The notes: generated by a model not told the origin, from the letters alone. Counted from the first letter of the stretch, positions 1 to 9,376 are shown. The stretch is DNA of 64,000 nucleotides from an uncultured Gemmatimonadales bacterium (GCA_963798845.1 CAWCUS010000002.1:352001-416000); one strand, 5' to 3'. Numbers and translations are program-made.

Positions 1-4
1 GCCC

Positions 5-1864
5 GTGAAGCCTGATCGGCGTCGGCTCTTCCTGGCCCTCGGGTCGGTCGCGGTCGTGGCCGTCCTCTCCTACGCCAACACCCTCTCGAACGGCTTTGCC
101 CTCGACGACGAGGGCATCATCCAGAAGAACACCCGGGTACACGGCCTCGCCCGCCTCGGCGACGCCGTGACCGGTCCCTACTGGCCGGGTGAGCCGGCCG
201 AGCGCGGGCTGTACCGGCCCTTCACCATGGCGACCTACGCCGTCAACTGGGCCGCGGGCGGCGGGAGTGCGACGTGGTTTCACCTGGTCAATCTGCTCCT
301 CCACGCCGCGGTCACCGGGCTCGTGCTCCTCTTCCTGCTCCCTCTGGCCGGCGACCTCGCAGCCGCCTGGGCCGGGGCGCTCATCTTCGCTGTCCACCCA
401 GTCCACGTGGAGGCCGTGGCCAACATAGTGGGGCGGGCCGAGATCCTGGCCACGCTGTTCTTCCTGGCGGGGTGCCTCGTCGTGCTCAGGGCACGGGGGC
501 GGGGCTGGGGCGTGGCCGCGGCCGTCGCGGCCGCCTTCTTCATGGGCCTGGCGTCGAAAGAGAACGCGATCATGCTCCCGGTCGTGCTCGCGCTCCTGGA
601 GACGTGGCAGGCGCGCGGCGTCCGGCCGGGCGTGCAGCGCATCGTCGCCGGCTGGCGGCTCTGGCTGTCCATGGCCGTCGCCCTCGTCGTCTACTTCGCG
701 CTCCGCCGGGCGAACATCGGGGTGTTCCTGGGGATCGAGAAGCCGCCCTGGTTCTGGGGCATGCCCTCTTCCGTGCGCGTGCTCACGGCCATCCGCGTCT
801 GGCCCGAGTACCTGCGCCTCATGGTCCTCCCGATCGCCCTCGTCCCGGATTACGGCCCGGGGGTGATCGTGCCCCGGACGAGCCTTCTCCAGCCGCTCGT
901 CCTCCTCGGCCTCCTCACCGCCGCGGTTGCCGCTTTCGTGGCCTGGCGCGCGCGTCGTGGCGCACCGCTGCTCTCCGCCGGGATCGTCTGGTTCGCCATC
1001 ACGGTGCTTCCGGTGACGGGGCTCCTCTTCCCGGTCGGCTTCATCCTGGCCGAACGGACGCTCTACCTCCCGTCCGTGGGTGTCGCCCTGGCCGTGGCTG
1101 CGGGCGTGGTGTGGGCGAGGTCGGCCGCGCCGGCACGGGCGTGGCGGGCGGCCGTCGCGGGGCTCCTGCTGATCGTGGGGGCCGCCGCCCTGCGCGTCTG
1201 GACGGCCAACCCGGTCTGGGAGGATACCAACACGGTGCTGAACCACCTCCTGCGCGAGCATCCCGCCAACTACCGCGCGCAGTGGGGCATGGCCTCGACC
1301 CTGGCCGCAGAGGGGGACACGGCGTCCGCCCTCGCGCACTATGAGATCGCCACCCGCATGGTCCCCGGGTACTACAACCTGCGCTTCGAGTACGGGACGA
1401 TCCTCGCCGCGAACCGGGACTACGGCGCCGCCGCCGCCCAGTTCGACACGGCGCTCCAGGTCCTTCCCACGGCCACCCGGGCGCGGCTGAACGAGGTGGC
1501 CACTCTGGTGCTCGATGGCAGGCCCGCGCAGGCCGCCACGGTCGCCGCCGCGGGCCTCGCCCCGGACGGCCCCGCGCAGCCGCAGCTGTACGACTACTAC
1601 AGTCGTGCGCTCGCCCGCTCCGGTCGGTATGGCGAGGCGATCCGCGCGCGACGGCGGGCGATCCATCTCGCGGGCGAAGCCGTCCCGTGGTCCCAGTGGG
1701 GCCACCTCGCCGGCCTCGCGCTCCTGGCCGGCGACACCGCCACCGCCCGGACCGCCCTCGAGCGCGCCCGAGCCAGCGCGTCCGCGGGCGTGCACGTGCC
1801 CTCGCCCGATGAGCTGGCGCGCCGGATCCAGGCCGAGGGCGGCGCGGCCATCCCGTCATGGTGA
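5..1864 (+). CDS. TMTC/DUF1736-like GT-C membrane glycosyltransferase (putative protein O-mannosyltransferase) with C-terminal TPR repeats
   Basis: Multi-pass membrane protein with TMTC-family motifs GFALDD, LYRP, FHLVNLLLHA, FAVHPVHVEAVANIVGRAEILA, SKENA and AERTLYLPS, followed by TPR-like helical repeats. The GTG start is at the window edge and is uncertain. Confidence 0.8.
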   Translation: MKPDRRRLFLALGSVAVVAVLSYANTLSNGFALDDEGIIQKNTRVHGLARLGDAVTGPYWPGEPAERGLYRPFTMATYAVNWAAGGGSATWFHLVNLLLHAAVTGLVLLFLLPLAGDLAAAWAGALIFAVHPVHVEAVANIVGRAEILATLFFLAGCLVVLRARGRGWGVAAAVAAAFFMGLASKENAIMLPVVLALLETWQARGVRPGVQRIVAGWRLWLSMAVALVVYFALRRANIGVFLGIEKPPWFWGMPSSVRVLTAIRVWPEYLRLMVLPIALVPDYGPGVIVPRTSLLQPLVLLGLLTAAVAAFVAWRARRGAPLLSAGIVWFAITVLPVTGLLFPVGFILAERTLYLPSVGVALAVAAGVVWARSAAPARAWRAAVAGLLLIVGAAALRVWTANPVWEDTNTVLNHLLREHPANYRAQWGMASTLAAEGDTASALAHYEIATRMVPGYYNLRFEYGTILAANRDYGAAAAQFDTALQVLPTATRARLNEVATLVLDGRPAQAATVAAAGLAPDGPAQPQLYDYYSRALARSGRYGEAIRARRRAIHLAGEAVPWSQWGHLAGLALLAGDTATARTALERARASASAGVHVPSPDELARRIQAEGGAAIPSW

Positions 1865-1991
1865 TCTGCAAGCGATTCGCAGGTTGCAACGCCCGTCGGC
1901 GTTCGGGAAGGCACACCCGGGCGTTCGCGGATCGGCATAAGTTGTTGCCCGTTTACGATTTCCGATGGATCCAGCTCGCCAGCGCCGGGAG

Positions 1992-2007
1992 GGGCATGGC
2001 GGTTGCA
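1992..2007 (+). promoter_or_regulatory. sigma54 (-24/-12) promoter of the major pilin gene
   Basis: GGGCATGGCGGTTGCA has exact GG-N10-GC spacing with a TTGCA -12 box. It lies about 70 bp before the pilin ATG, and a PilR-like sigma54 activator is encoded nearby. Confidence 0.8.
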
Positions 2008-2075
2008 CTCCATCGCCGCGGCACTTCGCACCCGAGTGGCCACCATCCCGGCCTGTCACACAACAAGGAGCAACA

Positions 2076-2516
2076 ATGCTTCGGAACCGTAAGGGCTTCA
2101 CCCTGATCGAGCTGCTGATCGTCGTGGTGATCATCGGCATCCTGGCGGCGATCGCGCTGCCGAAGTTCGGCAAGACGCGCGAGGCGGCGTACTACACCAC
2201 CATCAAGTCCGACCTGAACAGCCTCCGCAGCGCGGAGGAGATGTACTACCAGACGAGCAAGTCCGTACGCGTACACCAGCGACCTGACGGACCCTCGAGT
2301 TCAACCCGAGCGCGGGCGTGAACCTCGGCACGATCACGGTGACGGACGACAACCAGGCGTGGTCCGTGAACGCGACGCCACGACGCCCTCGGCGCCCACG
2401 GGTGCGCGATCGGCTTCGGCGAGTTCACGGCGGATCCCACGGTGACGACGCCGGGCGGCAACGACCTGGAGTATCCCGGTGACATGGGCGCCCCCGTCTG
2501 CGACGACGCCTTCTAA
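2076..2516 (+). pseudogene. pilA: Type IV major pilin (PilA-like), interrupted by three +1 frameshifts (sequence error or pseudogene)
   Basis: AAGGAG RBS and prepilin motif MLRNRKG|FTLIELLIVVVIIGILAAIALP. As given, the frame stops at 2321. Removing single extra bases at about 2259, 2293 and 2378 restores a 145-aa pilin ending in a Cys pair that aligns with the neighbouring pilin. Confidence 0.8.
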
Positions 2517-2540
2517 CCGACGTCGCCGGACAACCGATAG

Positions 2541-2576
2541 GCGGGACCCGGTCGCTGGCCGGGTCCCGTTTTCCTT
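2541..2576 (+). terminator. Rho-independent terminator after the major pilin
   Basis: CGGGACCCGG/CCGGGTCCCG stem followed by TTTTCCTT. Confidence 0.8.
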
Positions 2577-2685
2577 GCGCGGGAGACGGTCCCCCCTGCC
2601 TTCGCTTGCGCCTTCCAGTGCAGGGCCTACGTTTCTTCGGATGTCCCGTTGGCCCTGCATGCGAACAGACCGCGGAAATGCGACG

Positions 2686-3069
2686 ATGCGCCGCATGGGC
2701 TTTACGCTGATCGAGCTGCTGGTCGTGATCGTCATCGTCGGGATCCTGGCCTCCATGTCGATCGTTCGGACGCGGAAGGTCACGCGCGAGGCGCAGCTCG
2801 CCACGCTGCGCACGGACCTGCGGGCGCTGACGATCGAGGAGGAGTTCTACAACCAGAGGACGCTCCACTATGGCGCGCTCGAGGACCTGGACGACTTCCA
2901 CAGCAGCAGGGCGGTGAGCGTGGAGATCACGCACCTGGAGAATCTGGCGTTCGCGGCCACGGCCGTGCACGCCGGTCTGCCGGGCGTGACGTGCGGCGTG
3001 TTCCGCGGCGTGGTTCCGGAAGGGGTGGCGGGTCCGGCCGTGGTGGAAGGCCGGATCACCTGCGAGTGA
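2686..3069 (+). CDS. Type IV pilin (second pilin, PilA/PilE-like)
   Basis: MRRMG|FTLIELLVVIVIVGILA prepilin motif, about 127 aa, C-terminal Cys pair (TC...TCE). Confidence 0.85.
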   Translation: MRRMGFTLIELLVVIVIVGILASMSIVRTRKVTREAQLATLRTDLRALTIEEEFYNQRTLHYGALEDLDDFHSSRAVSVEITHLENLAFAATAVHAGLPGVTCGVFRGVVPEGVAGPAVVEGRITCE

Positions 3070-4325
3070 GGATCCGCCCGTCGGGGAACAGCCTGCGCCG
3101 GGAGCTTCTCGCGGCGTTCGCCATCGTATTCGCCGGCGCTCTCGCGGTGGCGGTCATCGGCGCGGCGCTCCTCGTCCCCACTTTCGAGTCCCCGCTCGAA
3201 TCGCTGCTCTACCTGGCGCTCCTGGTCGGGGCGGACCTCCTTGTCTTCTTCCTGTTCGGCCGCTGGCTCGTGGGCACCCGCGTCCTCTACCCGCTGGACC
3301 GGATGGTGGAGGAGGCGGAGGCGATCGCGGAAGGCGACTATGCGCGGCGCCTCCCGGGCAGCGAGTCCGAGGAGATCGACCGGCTGTCGGACGCGCTCAA
3401 CCGGATGGCGGAGCGCCTGATCAACCACCAGCTGGAGCTGGCGCGGAACGTCGAATCGCTGCAGCAGACGAACCGTGACCTGACGGCGGCGAGGGACGAC
3501 CTGATCCGGGCCGAGAAGATGGCTTCGCTCGGGCAGATGGCGGCCGGCGTCGCCCACGAGGTGGGCAATCCCCTTGCCGCCATCATGGGGAACATGGACC
3601 TGCTGAAGCGGCGGGTCCACGGGCTGGAGCTCGAGCTGGTGCAGGCGTCGCTCGAGCAGGTGGTCCGGATCGACCGGATCGTCCGGGGCCTCGTGGACTA
3701 TTCGCGGGCCCGGGAGCCCAACGCCCGCCCCATCGATGTCAACGCCGTGGTGCTCAAGACCGTGGAGCTGATCCGCTCGCAGCCACGCATGGTGGGCGTC
3801 GAGGTCACGACGGCGCTTGCGGCGGACCTTCCCGCCGTCGCCGCGGACCCGTACCAGCTCGAGCAGGTTCTGGTGAACCTGCTCCTCAACGCCGCCGACG
3901 CCACGGAGCAGGGGGAGGTCCGGGTGGTCCGGATCACGTCCGGGTCGCGACGCTACGTCGAGCCGGACTACGTCCCTGCCCGGCGGCGCGACGATCCGCC
4001 CGGAATCGACTACTCGCACCGCCGTCGATACAATCGGCCCGAGGCCGTGCCGAGGGTTCACCCGTTCGAGCCCGAGCAGGCCATCGTCGAGCTTGCGGTG
4101 GCCGACACCGGCGGCGGCATTCCGGCCGCCGTCATGCCGCGGCTGTTCGAGCCGTTCATGACCACGAAGGAGCCCGGCAAGGGGACGGGGCTCGGGCTGG
4201 CCGTGAGCGCGCGGCTGATCGACGGGATGGACGGGACCATCCGCGCACGCAATACTCAGGAGGGAGCGGAGTTCACCATCCAGCTCCCCGCATCGGACCA
4301 GCCAGCGGAGGCCGTGTCGCCATGA
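3066..4325 (+). CDS. Sensor histidine kinase (2 TM, HAMP, HisKA, HATPase), PilS-like
   Basis: GTGA overlap with the pilin stop. Motifs include the H-box AAGVAHEVGNPL, N-box QVLVNLLLNA, DTGGG, F-box and GTGLGL. Confidence 0.85.
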   Translation: MRIRPSGNSLRRELLAAFAIVFAGALAVAVIGAALLVPTFESPLESLLYLALLVGADLLVFFLFGRWLVGTRVLYPLDRMVEEAEAIAEGDYARRLPGSESEEIDRLSDALNRMAERLINHQLELARNVESLQQTNRDLTAARDDLIRAEKMASLGQMAAGVAHEVGNPLAAIMGNMDLLKRRVHGLELELVQASLEQVVRIDRIVRGLVDYSRAREPNARPIDVNAVVLKTVELIRSQPRMVGVEVTTALAADLPAVAADPYQLEQVLVNLLLNAADATEQGEVRVVRITSGSRRYVEPDYVPARRRDDPPGIDYSHRRRYNRPEAVPRVHPFEPEQAIVELAVADTGGGIPAAVMPRLFEPFMTTKEPGKGTGLGLAVSARLIDGMDGTIRARNTQEGAEFTIQLPASDQPAEAVSP

Positions 4326-5680
4326 AGGTGCTGATCATCGACGACGAGCCGAGCCTGCGCCAGACCGTTTCCATGATCCTGTCCGAGGAGGGCTACGAAG
4401 TCACCACGGCCTCCGACGGGAAGGATGGCCTGGAGAAGGCGCTCTCGTTCGAGCCGGACACGGTCCTCACCGATGTGCGCATGCCCGGGATGCCTGGTCT
4501 CGACTTCCTGGAGCGCTACCGCGAGGAGGGCGGGGAGGCGCTGGTCATCGTCATGACCGCGTACGGCAGCACCGAGCTGGCCGTGGAGGCCATGAAGAAG
4601 GGGGCGTACGACTACATCCCCAAGCCTTTCAGCGCGGACGAGCTCGTGCTCACGCTGCGGAAGGCGGAGGAGCGGGAGGCGCTGCGGCGGGAGGTGCTTC
4701 GCCTGCGGGACGAGGTGACCGTCGACCGCCGGTTCAGCGGCATCATCGCCCGGTCCCCGGCCATGAAGAAGGCGGTGGAGACCGCGACCAAGGTCGCCCG
4801 GTACCCTTCGACGGTCCTGATCACGGGCGAGAGCGGGACGGGGAAGGAGCTGATCGCGCGCCTGCTCCACGACCAGAGCGACCGGGCGCAGGCTTCGTTC
4901 GTCGCCATCAACTGCGGGGCGATCCCCGAAAACCTCCTCGAGTCGGAGCTCTTCGGCTACGTGCGCGGCGCATTCACCGGGGCGGAGCGCGACAAGGTCG
5001 GCCTCTTCGAAGCCGCATCGGGAGGCACGCTCTTTCTCGACGAGATCGGAGACATGCCGGGCACGCTCCAGGTCAAGCTGCTGCGGACGCTGCAGGAGGG
5101 CGAGGTCCGTCGTGTGGGGGAGAACCGGAGCCGGAAGGTGGACGCGCGCATCGTGTCCGCCACCAACCGCGACCTGGAGCAGGAGATCCGGCAGGGAAAC
5201 TTCCGCAAGGACCTGTATTTCAGGATCGCGGTCGTCCCGATCCATCTCCCGCCCCTGCGCCAGCGGACGGAAGAGATCCCGCTCATGGCGAAGCACTTCG
5301 TGGACAAGTACAACCGCGCCCTGGGGCTCGACCTTGAAGGCGTCGCGCCCGAGGCCATGAAGCTTCTCCTCGACTATCCGTTCACCGGCAACGTGCGGGA
5401 GCTGGAGAACGTCATCGAGCGCGCCATGGTGCTGGCCGAAGGACCCCGGATCGAGGTCAAGGACCTTCCCCACCACGTCCAGGCGCCCGTTCGCCCTCTG
5501 GAGGACGTGGAGCTCGGGGACGATGAGCTCTCCGTGAAGAAGCAGGGGTCAGTGCTCGAGCGCCGCCTGATCCAGAAGGCGCTGGAGCGCACGGGCGGGA
5601 ACCGGACGCGGGCGGCCGAGCTGCTGGAGCTGAGCTCCCGCGCACTCCTGTACAAGATCCGCGACTACGGCCTCGAGTAG
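4322..5680 (+). CDS. sigma54-dependent response regulator (NtrC/PilR family)
   Basis: Receiver domain (IIDDE, TDVRMP, KPF), Walker [15 protein letters not shown] loop, FLDEIG and a Fis-type HTH. Confidence 0.9.
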   Translation: MKVLIIDDEPSLRQTVSMILSEEGYEVTTASDGKDGLEKALSFEPDTVLTDVRMPGMPGLDFLERYREEGGEALVIVMTAYGSTELAVEAMKKGAYDYIPKPFSADELVLTLRKAEEREALRREVLRLRDEVTVDRRFSGIIARSPAMKKAVETATKVARYPSTVLITGESGTGKELIARLLHDQSDRAQASFVAINCGAIPENLLESELFGYVRGAFTGAERDKVGLFEAASGGTLFLDEIGDMPGTLQVKLLRTLQEGEVRRVGENRSRKVDARIVSATNRDLEQEIRQGNFRKDLYFRIAVVPIHLPPLRQRTEEIPLMAKHFVDKYNRALGLDLEGVAPEAMKLLLDYPFTGNVRELENVIERAMVLAEGPRIEVKDLPHHVQAPVRPLEDVELGDDELSVKKQGSVLERRLIQKALERTGGNRTRAAELLELSSRALLYKIRDYGLE

Positions 5681-5768
5681 ACCCCCGGCTCTCCGCTCCG
5701 GTCCCCCCGGCGCGATCTCGTCCCCGCGCGCCATGGAGTTGCCCCGGCGCCGGTGACACAGTGGCCGC

Positions 5769-6203
5769 ATGCGAACGCAGCGCGGCTACACCCTGATCGA
5801 GCTCGTCCTGGTCCTCGCCTTCACGGGCGTCCTGGTCACGTTCGCGGCGCCGCCCCTTCTTCACTGGCGCGATGCGGCCGCAGTTCACGCGGCGCGCGAC
5901 GACCTGACCGGCGCCCTCGCTTCCGTCCGCGTCGAGGCCGTGGCGCACGGCGGTGGAGCCCTCGTCCTGGATCCGGTCGCCGGCGTCGGCTGGGCCGCGT
6001 ACGACGACGGGACCACAGAGGCCCCCATCGACCTCCGCGCCCGGCACGGCGTAGTCCTGGACGTGGGCGCCGCAGCCCCGGTGCGGATCCGCTACGACGG
6101 CCTGGGCATCGGCCGCATGGCTTCGCGCAGGATCGAGGTGCGGCGTGGCCGGGCCGTGGCAGGCGTCACGGTCAGCGCCTACGGTCGGGTGCGGCGATGG
6201 TGA
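5769..6203 (+). CDS. Minor pilin, FimT/FimU-like (cassette 1)
   Basis: RG|YTLIELVLV prepilin motif, FimT-like C-terminus IRYDGLG...VTVSAYGRVR. Confidence 0.75.
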   Translation: MRTQRGYTLIELVLVLAFTGVLVTFAAPPLLHWRDAAAVHAARDDLTGALASVRVEAVAHGGGALVLDPVAGVGWAAYDDGTTEAPIDLRARHGVVLDVGAAAPVRIRYDGLGIGRMASRRIEVRRGRAVAGVTVSAYGRVRRW

Positions 6204-6556
6204 CCCGGCGCGCCGGCCACTCGCTCGTGGAGCTCATCGTGGCCGTGACGTTCCTCGGCACGTCCTTCGGAGGGCTCGCGGCCACCGCCCTGCTCGGAGC
6301 GCGCTGGACCCTCCGCGCGAGCGCGCAGGAGCACGCGCTCGCCGCCGCCGCGGCCACGCTCGATTCGCTGCTCGGCATGACGGCTCCTCCGGGGCCGGGG
6401 TCCATTGATCGGGACGGGCTGCGCCTGGAGTGGACCACGGGCCCGGCATCCTCCGGAACCCTGGTGACCGTGCGCGCCTCCCGCGCCGCTCTCCACGTTT
6501 CCGAGAAGCTGGAAGGGACGTGGATGCCGCTGCCTCCCGCGCTGGTGCTGCCGTGA
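6197..6556 (+). CDS. Minor pilin, PilV-like (cassette 1)
   Basis: RRAG|HSLVELIVAV motif with E5, short protein, overlaps its neighbours. Confidence 0.7.
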   Translation: MVTRRAGHSLVELIVAVTFLGTSFGGLAATALLGARWTLRASAQEHALAAAAATLDSLLGMTAPPGPGSIDRDGLRLEWTTGPASSGTLVTVRASRAALHVSEKLEGTWMPLPPALVLP

Positions 6557-7263
6557 GGGCGCGGCGCGGTGCGGCGTCCATTGCGGAGCTGATCCTGGTG
6601 CTCTGGCTGTTCGCCTTCGTTCTCGCCGGGATCGCCCGCTTCGCCTCCGCGCAGTCCCGCATGGCCGCCGCACAGCTCGATCGCACCCGCGCCGACGAGC
6701 TGGTGCGCACCGCGTGGCTGGTGCTGAATGCCGAGCTCCGGAGCACCGCGGCCGCGGACCGGGTTTCGTTCGGCGCGGACTCGTTCCGCATCCGCGCGTT
6801 TCGCGGCGGAGGTCGGGTCTGTCGCGCGGGTGGCGACACCCTGGTAGTCGCGTTCGCGGGTGACCGGCTGCCGGACCCGGCCAAGGACTCCGTTCTGCTG
6901 ATCGGCGGCAACGGTATCGAGGAGGCCATGGACCTGGCCGGCACGGGCCTGTCGTCGCTGGAGTGCGATGGCGCCGGGCGGTGGCTGCGCCTCGGGCGCA
7001 CGCCCGGCAGCGAGCCCGCCATGGCCCTGCTGTTCGAGTCGGGCGTGTACGACGTGGCGGGAACCGCGCTCCGATATCGCCGCGGCGCCGGCGGCCGACA
7101 GCCGCTGACGGAGCCGGTCCTGGCGAACGCCACCCTCGGCATGGCGGGACCGGGGCCATGGCGGCTCACCGGCGCGTTCATCCGGGACTCGGTCCCGAGG
7201 CTGGGCGCAACGGGCTTCGACCTGACCCTCTCCCTGCTCAATCCCGCCCCGGTGACGCCATGA
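6553..7263 (+). CDS. Minor pilin, PilW-like (cassette 1)
   Basis: GTGA overlap and degenerate motif RRGA|ASIAELILVL. Shares DS.R.RA.R...G.VC and DSVL motifs with the 9373-10200 paralog. Confidence 0.7.
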   Translation: MRARRGAASIAELILVLWLFAFVLAGIARFASAQSRMAAAQLDRTRADELVRTAWLVLNAELRSTAAADRVSFGADSFRIRAFRGGGRVCRAGGDTLVVAFAGDRLPDPAKDSVLLIGGNGIEEAMDLAGTGLSSLECDGAGRWLRLGRTPGSEPAMALLFESGVYDVAGTALRYRRGAGGRQPLTEPVLANATLGMAGPGPWRLTGAFIRDSVPRLGATGFDLTLSLLNPAPVTP

Positions 7264-8285
7264 GGCGGGGCGGCTTCGCCCTCGTGGTGACCATACTGCT
7301 GTTCGTCGCCCTGGCCGGGCTTGCGGCCTCCGTGCTGGCCCTCGGCGCCCGCGAAGCCATCATTGCGAGCAGCGCTGAGCGCCTGGTCCTCGCCCAGCGA
7401 CGCGCCGAGGAGGCCGTGCGCCAGGCAGTGGCTGGGTGGTCCACCCGGGACTTCGCGGGCATGGCGCCCGGCGAGCGCATCCCGCTCGGGACCGCTGACA
7501 CCGCTTCGGAGCTCACCGTTCAGCGCCTGGACGGCGGGCTCTACCTGGTCCGCGCGGCCGCCCGGATCGGGCCGACGGGGCACGTCGCCCGGGGACGGGC
7601 AGCGGTGCTCGTGCGCGCGCTCGATCCCGCAGAGCTGGCCGCTGCATTTCCAGCCGCTGTCACCGTCACCGAGGCCGCCACCCTGGAGCGCGGGGGCATC
7701 GACGTCCTCACGGGGTGCGGCGCCGCCCCCGCCGCGGGCATCATCGGTCCTATCGTGGCCTGGGACCCCGGCGTCACCGTGGGCGGCGACCCGCCGGTGG
7801 CCGGCGGCCCTCCGGGAATCCCGGTGGCGAGCCCCCTGGCGCCTCCGCTCCTCGGCGCCCTCCCTCACCTCGACGCGGGCCCCGGGGAGGTGGCGCCCGC
7901 GCCGGTCGCCACAGGCGATGCCTGCGTCCTCACGCCCGACAACTGGGGCGCCTTCTCCCCGGGCAGTCCGTGCCACGGGCTGCTCCCTCTCGTCGCCGGG
8001 CGTGGGCCGCTGGTCATTCGCAGCGGCGAGGGGAGGGGGGTGCTCCTGGTCGACGGCGATCTGCTCCTCGGGGGATCGTTCCGCTTCGCAGGCCTGCTGG
8101 CGGTGGACGGCACCCTCGAACTGGAAGAGGGCGTGGAGATCCGGGGCGCGGTGCGCGCGCGCAGGTTCACCCTGGCCGGCGGCCATGTCGCCTTCGATCC
8201 GTGCGAGCGCGGGGCGGCCGCGGCCGCGCCCGCGTTCGATGGGCCGTTCCGGCTGCCGGGCCGGCTGTGGATACCGGTTTGGTAA
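7260..8285 (+). CDS. PilX-like minor pilin with extended C-terminal beta-repeat domain (cassette 1)
   Basis: RRGG|FALVV lacks E5, as is typical of PilX. C-terminal NWG..C..G.G.LLVDGDL repeats are paralogous to 10207-11394. Confidence 0.7.
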   Translation: MRRGGFALVVTILLFVALAGLAASVLALGAREAIIASSAERLVLAQRRAEEAVRQAVAGWSTRDFAGMAPGERIPLGTADTASELTVQRLDGGLYLVRAAARIGPTGHVARGRAAVLVRALDPAELAAAFPAAVTVTEAATLERGGIDVLTGCGAAPAAGIIGPIVAWDPGVTVGGDPPVAGGPPGIPVASPLAPPLLGALPHLDAGPGEVAPAPVATGDACVLTPDNWGAFSPGSPCHGLLPLVAGRGPLVIRSGEGRGVLLVDGDLLLGGSFRFAGLLAVDGTLELEEGVEIRGAVRARRFTLAGGHVAFDPCERGAAAAAPAFDGPFRLPGRLWIPVW

Positions 8286-8489
8286 GGATGAAAAAAGTGC
8301 GCGGCGTCGACATAAAGGTCCCCTCGCAGCGCGCCGCCAATCGTCGAACTCGTTGTGCCTGCAAGGAATGGAGGGTCGGCATGAACTTCGTATGTCTCCA
8401 CCGGCAACGTTGGGTCTGGTCTCGAGGGGCTCCGCCGGATCGGCGCTCCTCTCCCGATCCGGCCCATGACCACCGGGAGGCAGCAAGGA

Positions 8490-8996
8490 ATGTGGCGATG
8501 CATTCTGCCGAGTCGGCTTCGCGCCGGACCACGGTATCGGGCAGGGTTCTCCGTCGTGGAGCTCCTGTTCGTGCTGCTCATCGCCAGTGTCCTGGCCGGG
8601 ATGGCCTTCCCGCGCTTCCATCACTACATGAGCGTCCGGACGGCGGTGAACGCCCGCGATGCGTTCTCCATGGCGGCGGCGCGAGCACGCGCGGCGGCAG
8701 TGGAGCATGGCGATGTCGTCGTCCTGATGATCCGTCCCTATCACGACTCCGTCTTCGTGATGACCGGGGACGCGCAGGATACCCTGGAGATCATCGACTA
8801 CAAAGGCGGCCAGACTCGAGCCGACCTGCTGATGCAGGACGGGCTGCCGGCGCCTTTCCGGATCTGTTACGTGCCTCGTGGCTTCGCGCACCCGGGCTGC
8901 GGCGACGGAAGTCGTCTTCCGGTCCGGCTGGGCTTCAGCACCACTTCCGACACCCTCTGGTCGGACATCAACGCTGCAGGCCAGGTGGAACGATGA
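8490..8996 (+). CDS. Minor pilin, FimT/FimU-like (cassette 2)
   Basis: GGAGG RBS, RAG|FSVVELLFVL motif, C-terminal INAAGQV. An alternative start is at 8466. Confidence 0.75.
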   Translation: MWRCILPSRLRAGPRYRAGFSVVELLFVLLIASVLAGMAFPRFHHYMSVRTAVNARDAFSMAAARARAAAVEHGDVVVLMIRPYHDSVFVMTGDAQDTLEIIDYKGGQTRADLLMQDGLPAPFRICYVPRGFAHPGCGDGSRLPVRLGFSTTSDTLWSDINAAGQVER

Positions 8997-9376
8997 GCGC
9001 GACCGAGCCCCGGTCCGGCTTCTCGCTCGTGGAGCTCCTCGTGGCCCTCCTGATCCTCACGGTCGGGATTCTCGCCATGGGCGGGTCCACCGGGTACATC
9101 ATGAGCCAGATCAGGCTCTCCCAGATCCGGACCGAGCGCATGAACGCGGTGCGCGAGGCTTCCGAGATCATCCGCGGGACCCCGTGGAGCAGCATCTCCG
9201 GCCTCTGCGCCGACAGCACGTTCCACCTGAACCACTACGACGTGAGCTGCTCGGCCAGCGTGACGGCCGACAACCTCCTCCAGGTCCAGCTCGTGAGCTC
9301 CGGACCCGGGTATCGCTCCGGCCGCTTCCTCCAGGACGTGGAGGAGCGCATGGCCATCGGGATCGCACAGCCATGA
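8993..9376 (+). CDS. Minor pilin, PilV-like (cassette 2)
   Basis: RSG|FSLVELLVALLILTVGILAM, a canonical PilV N-terminus. ATGA overlap. Confidence 0.8.
   Translation: MSATEPRSGFSLVELLVALLILTVGILAMGGSTGYIMSQIRLSQIRTERMNAVREASEIIRGTPWSSISGLCADSTFHLNHYDVSCSASVTADNLLQVQLVSSGPGYRSGRFLQDVEERMAIGIAQP

Noticed and set aside
2250..2385. Programmed frameshifting or slipped-strand phase variation of pilA
   Set aside because: The runs involved are only 2-3 nt, and three independent events would be needed.
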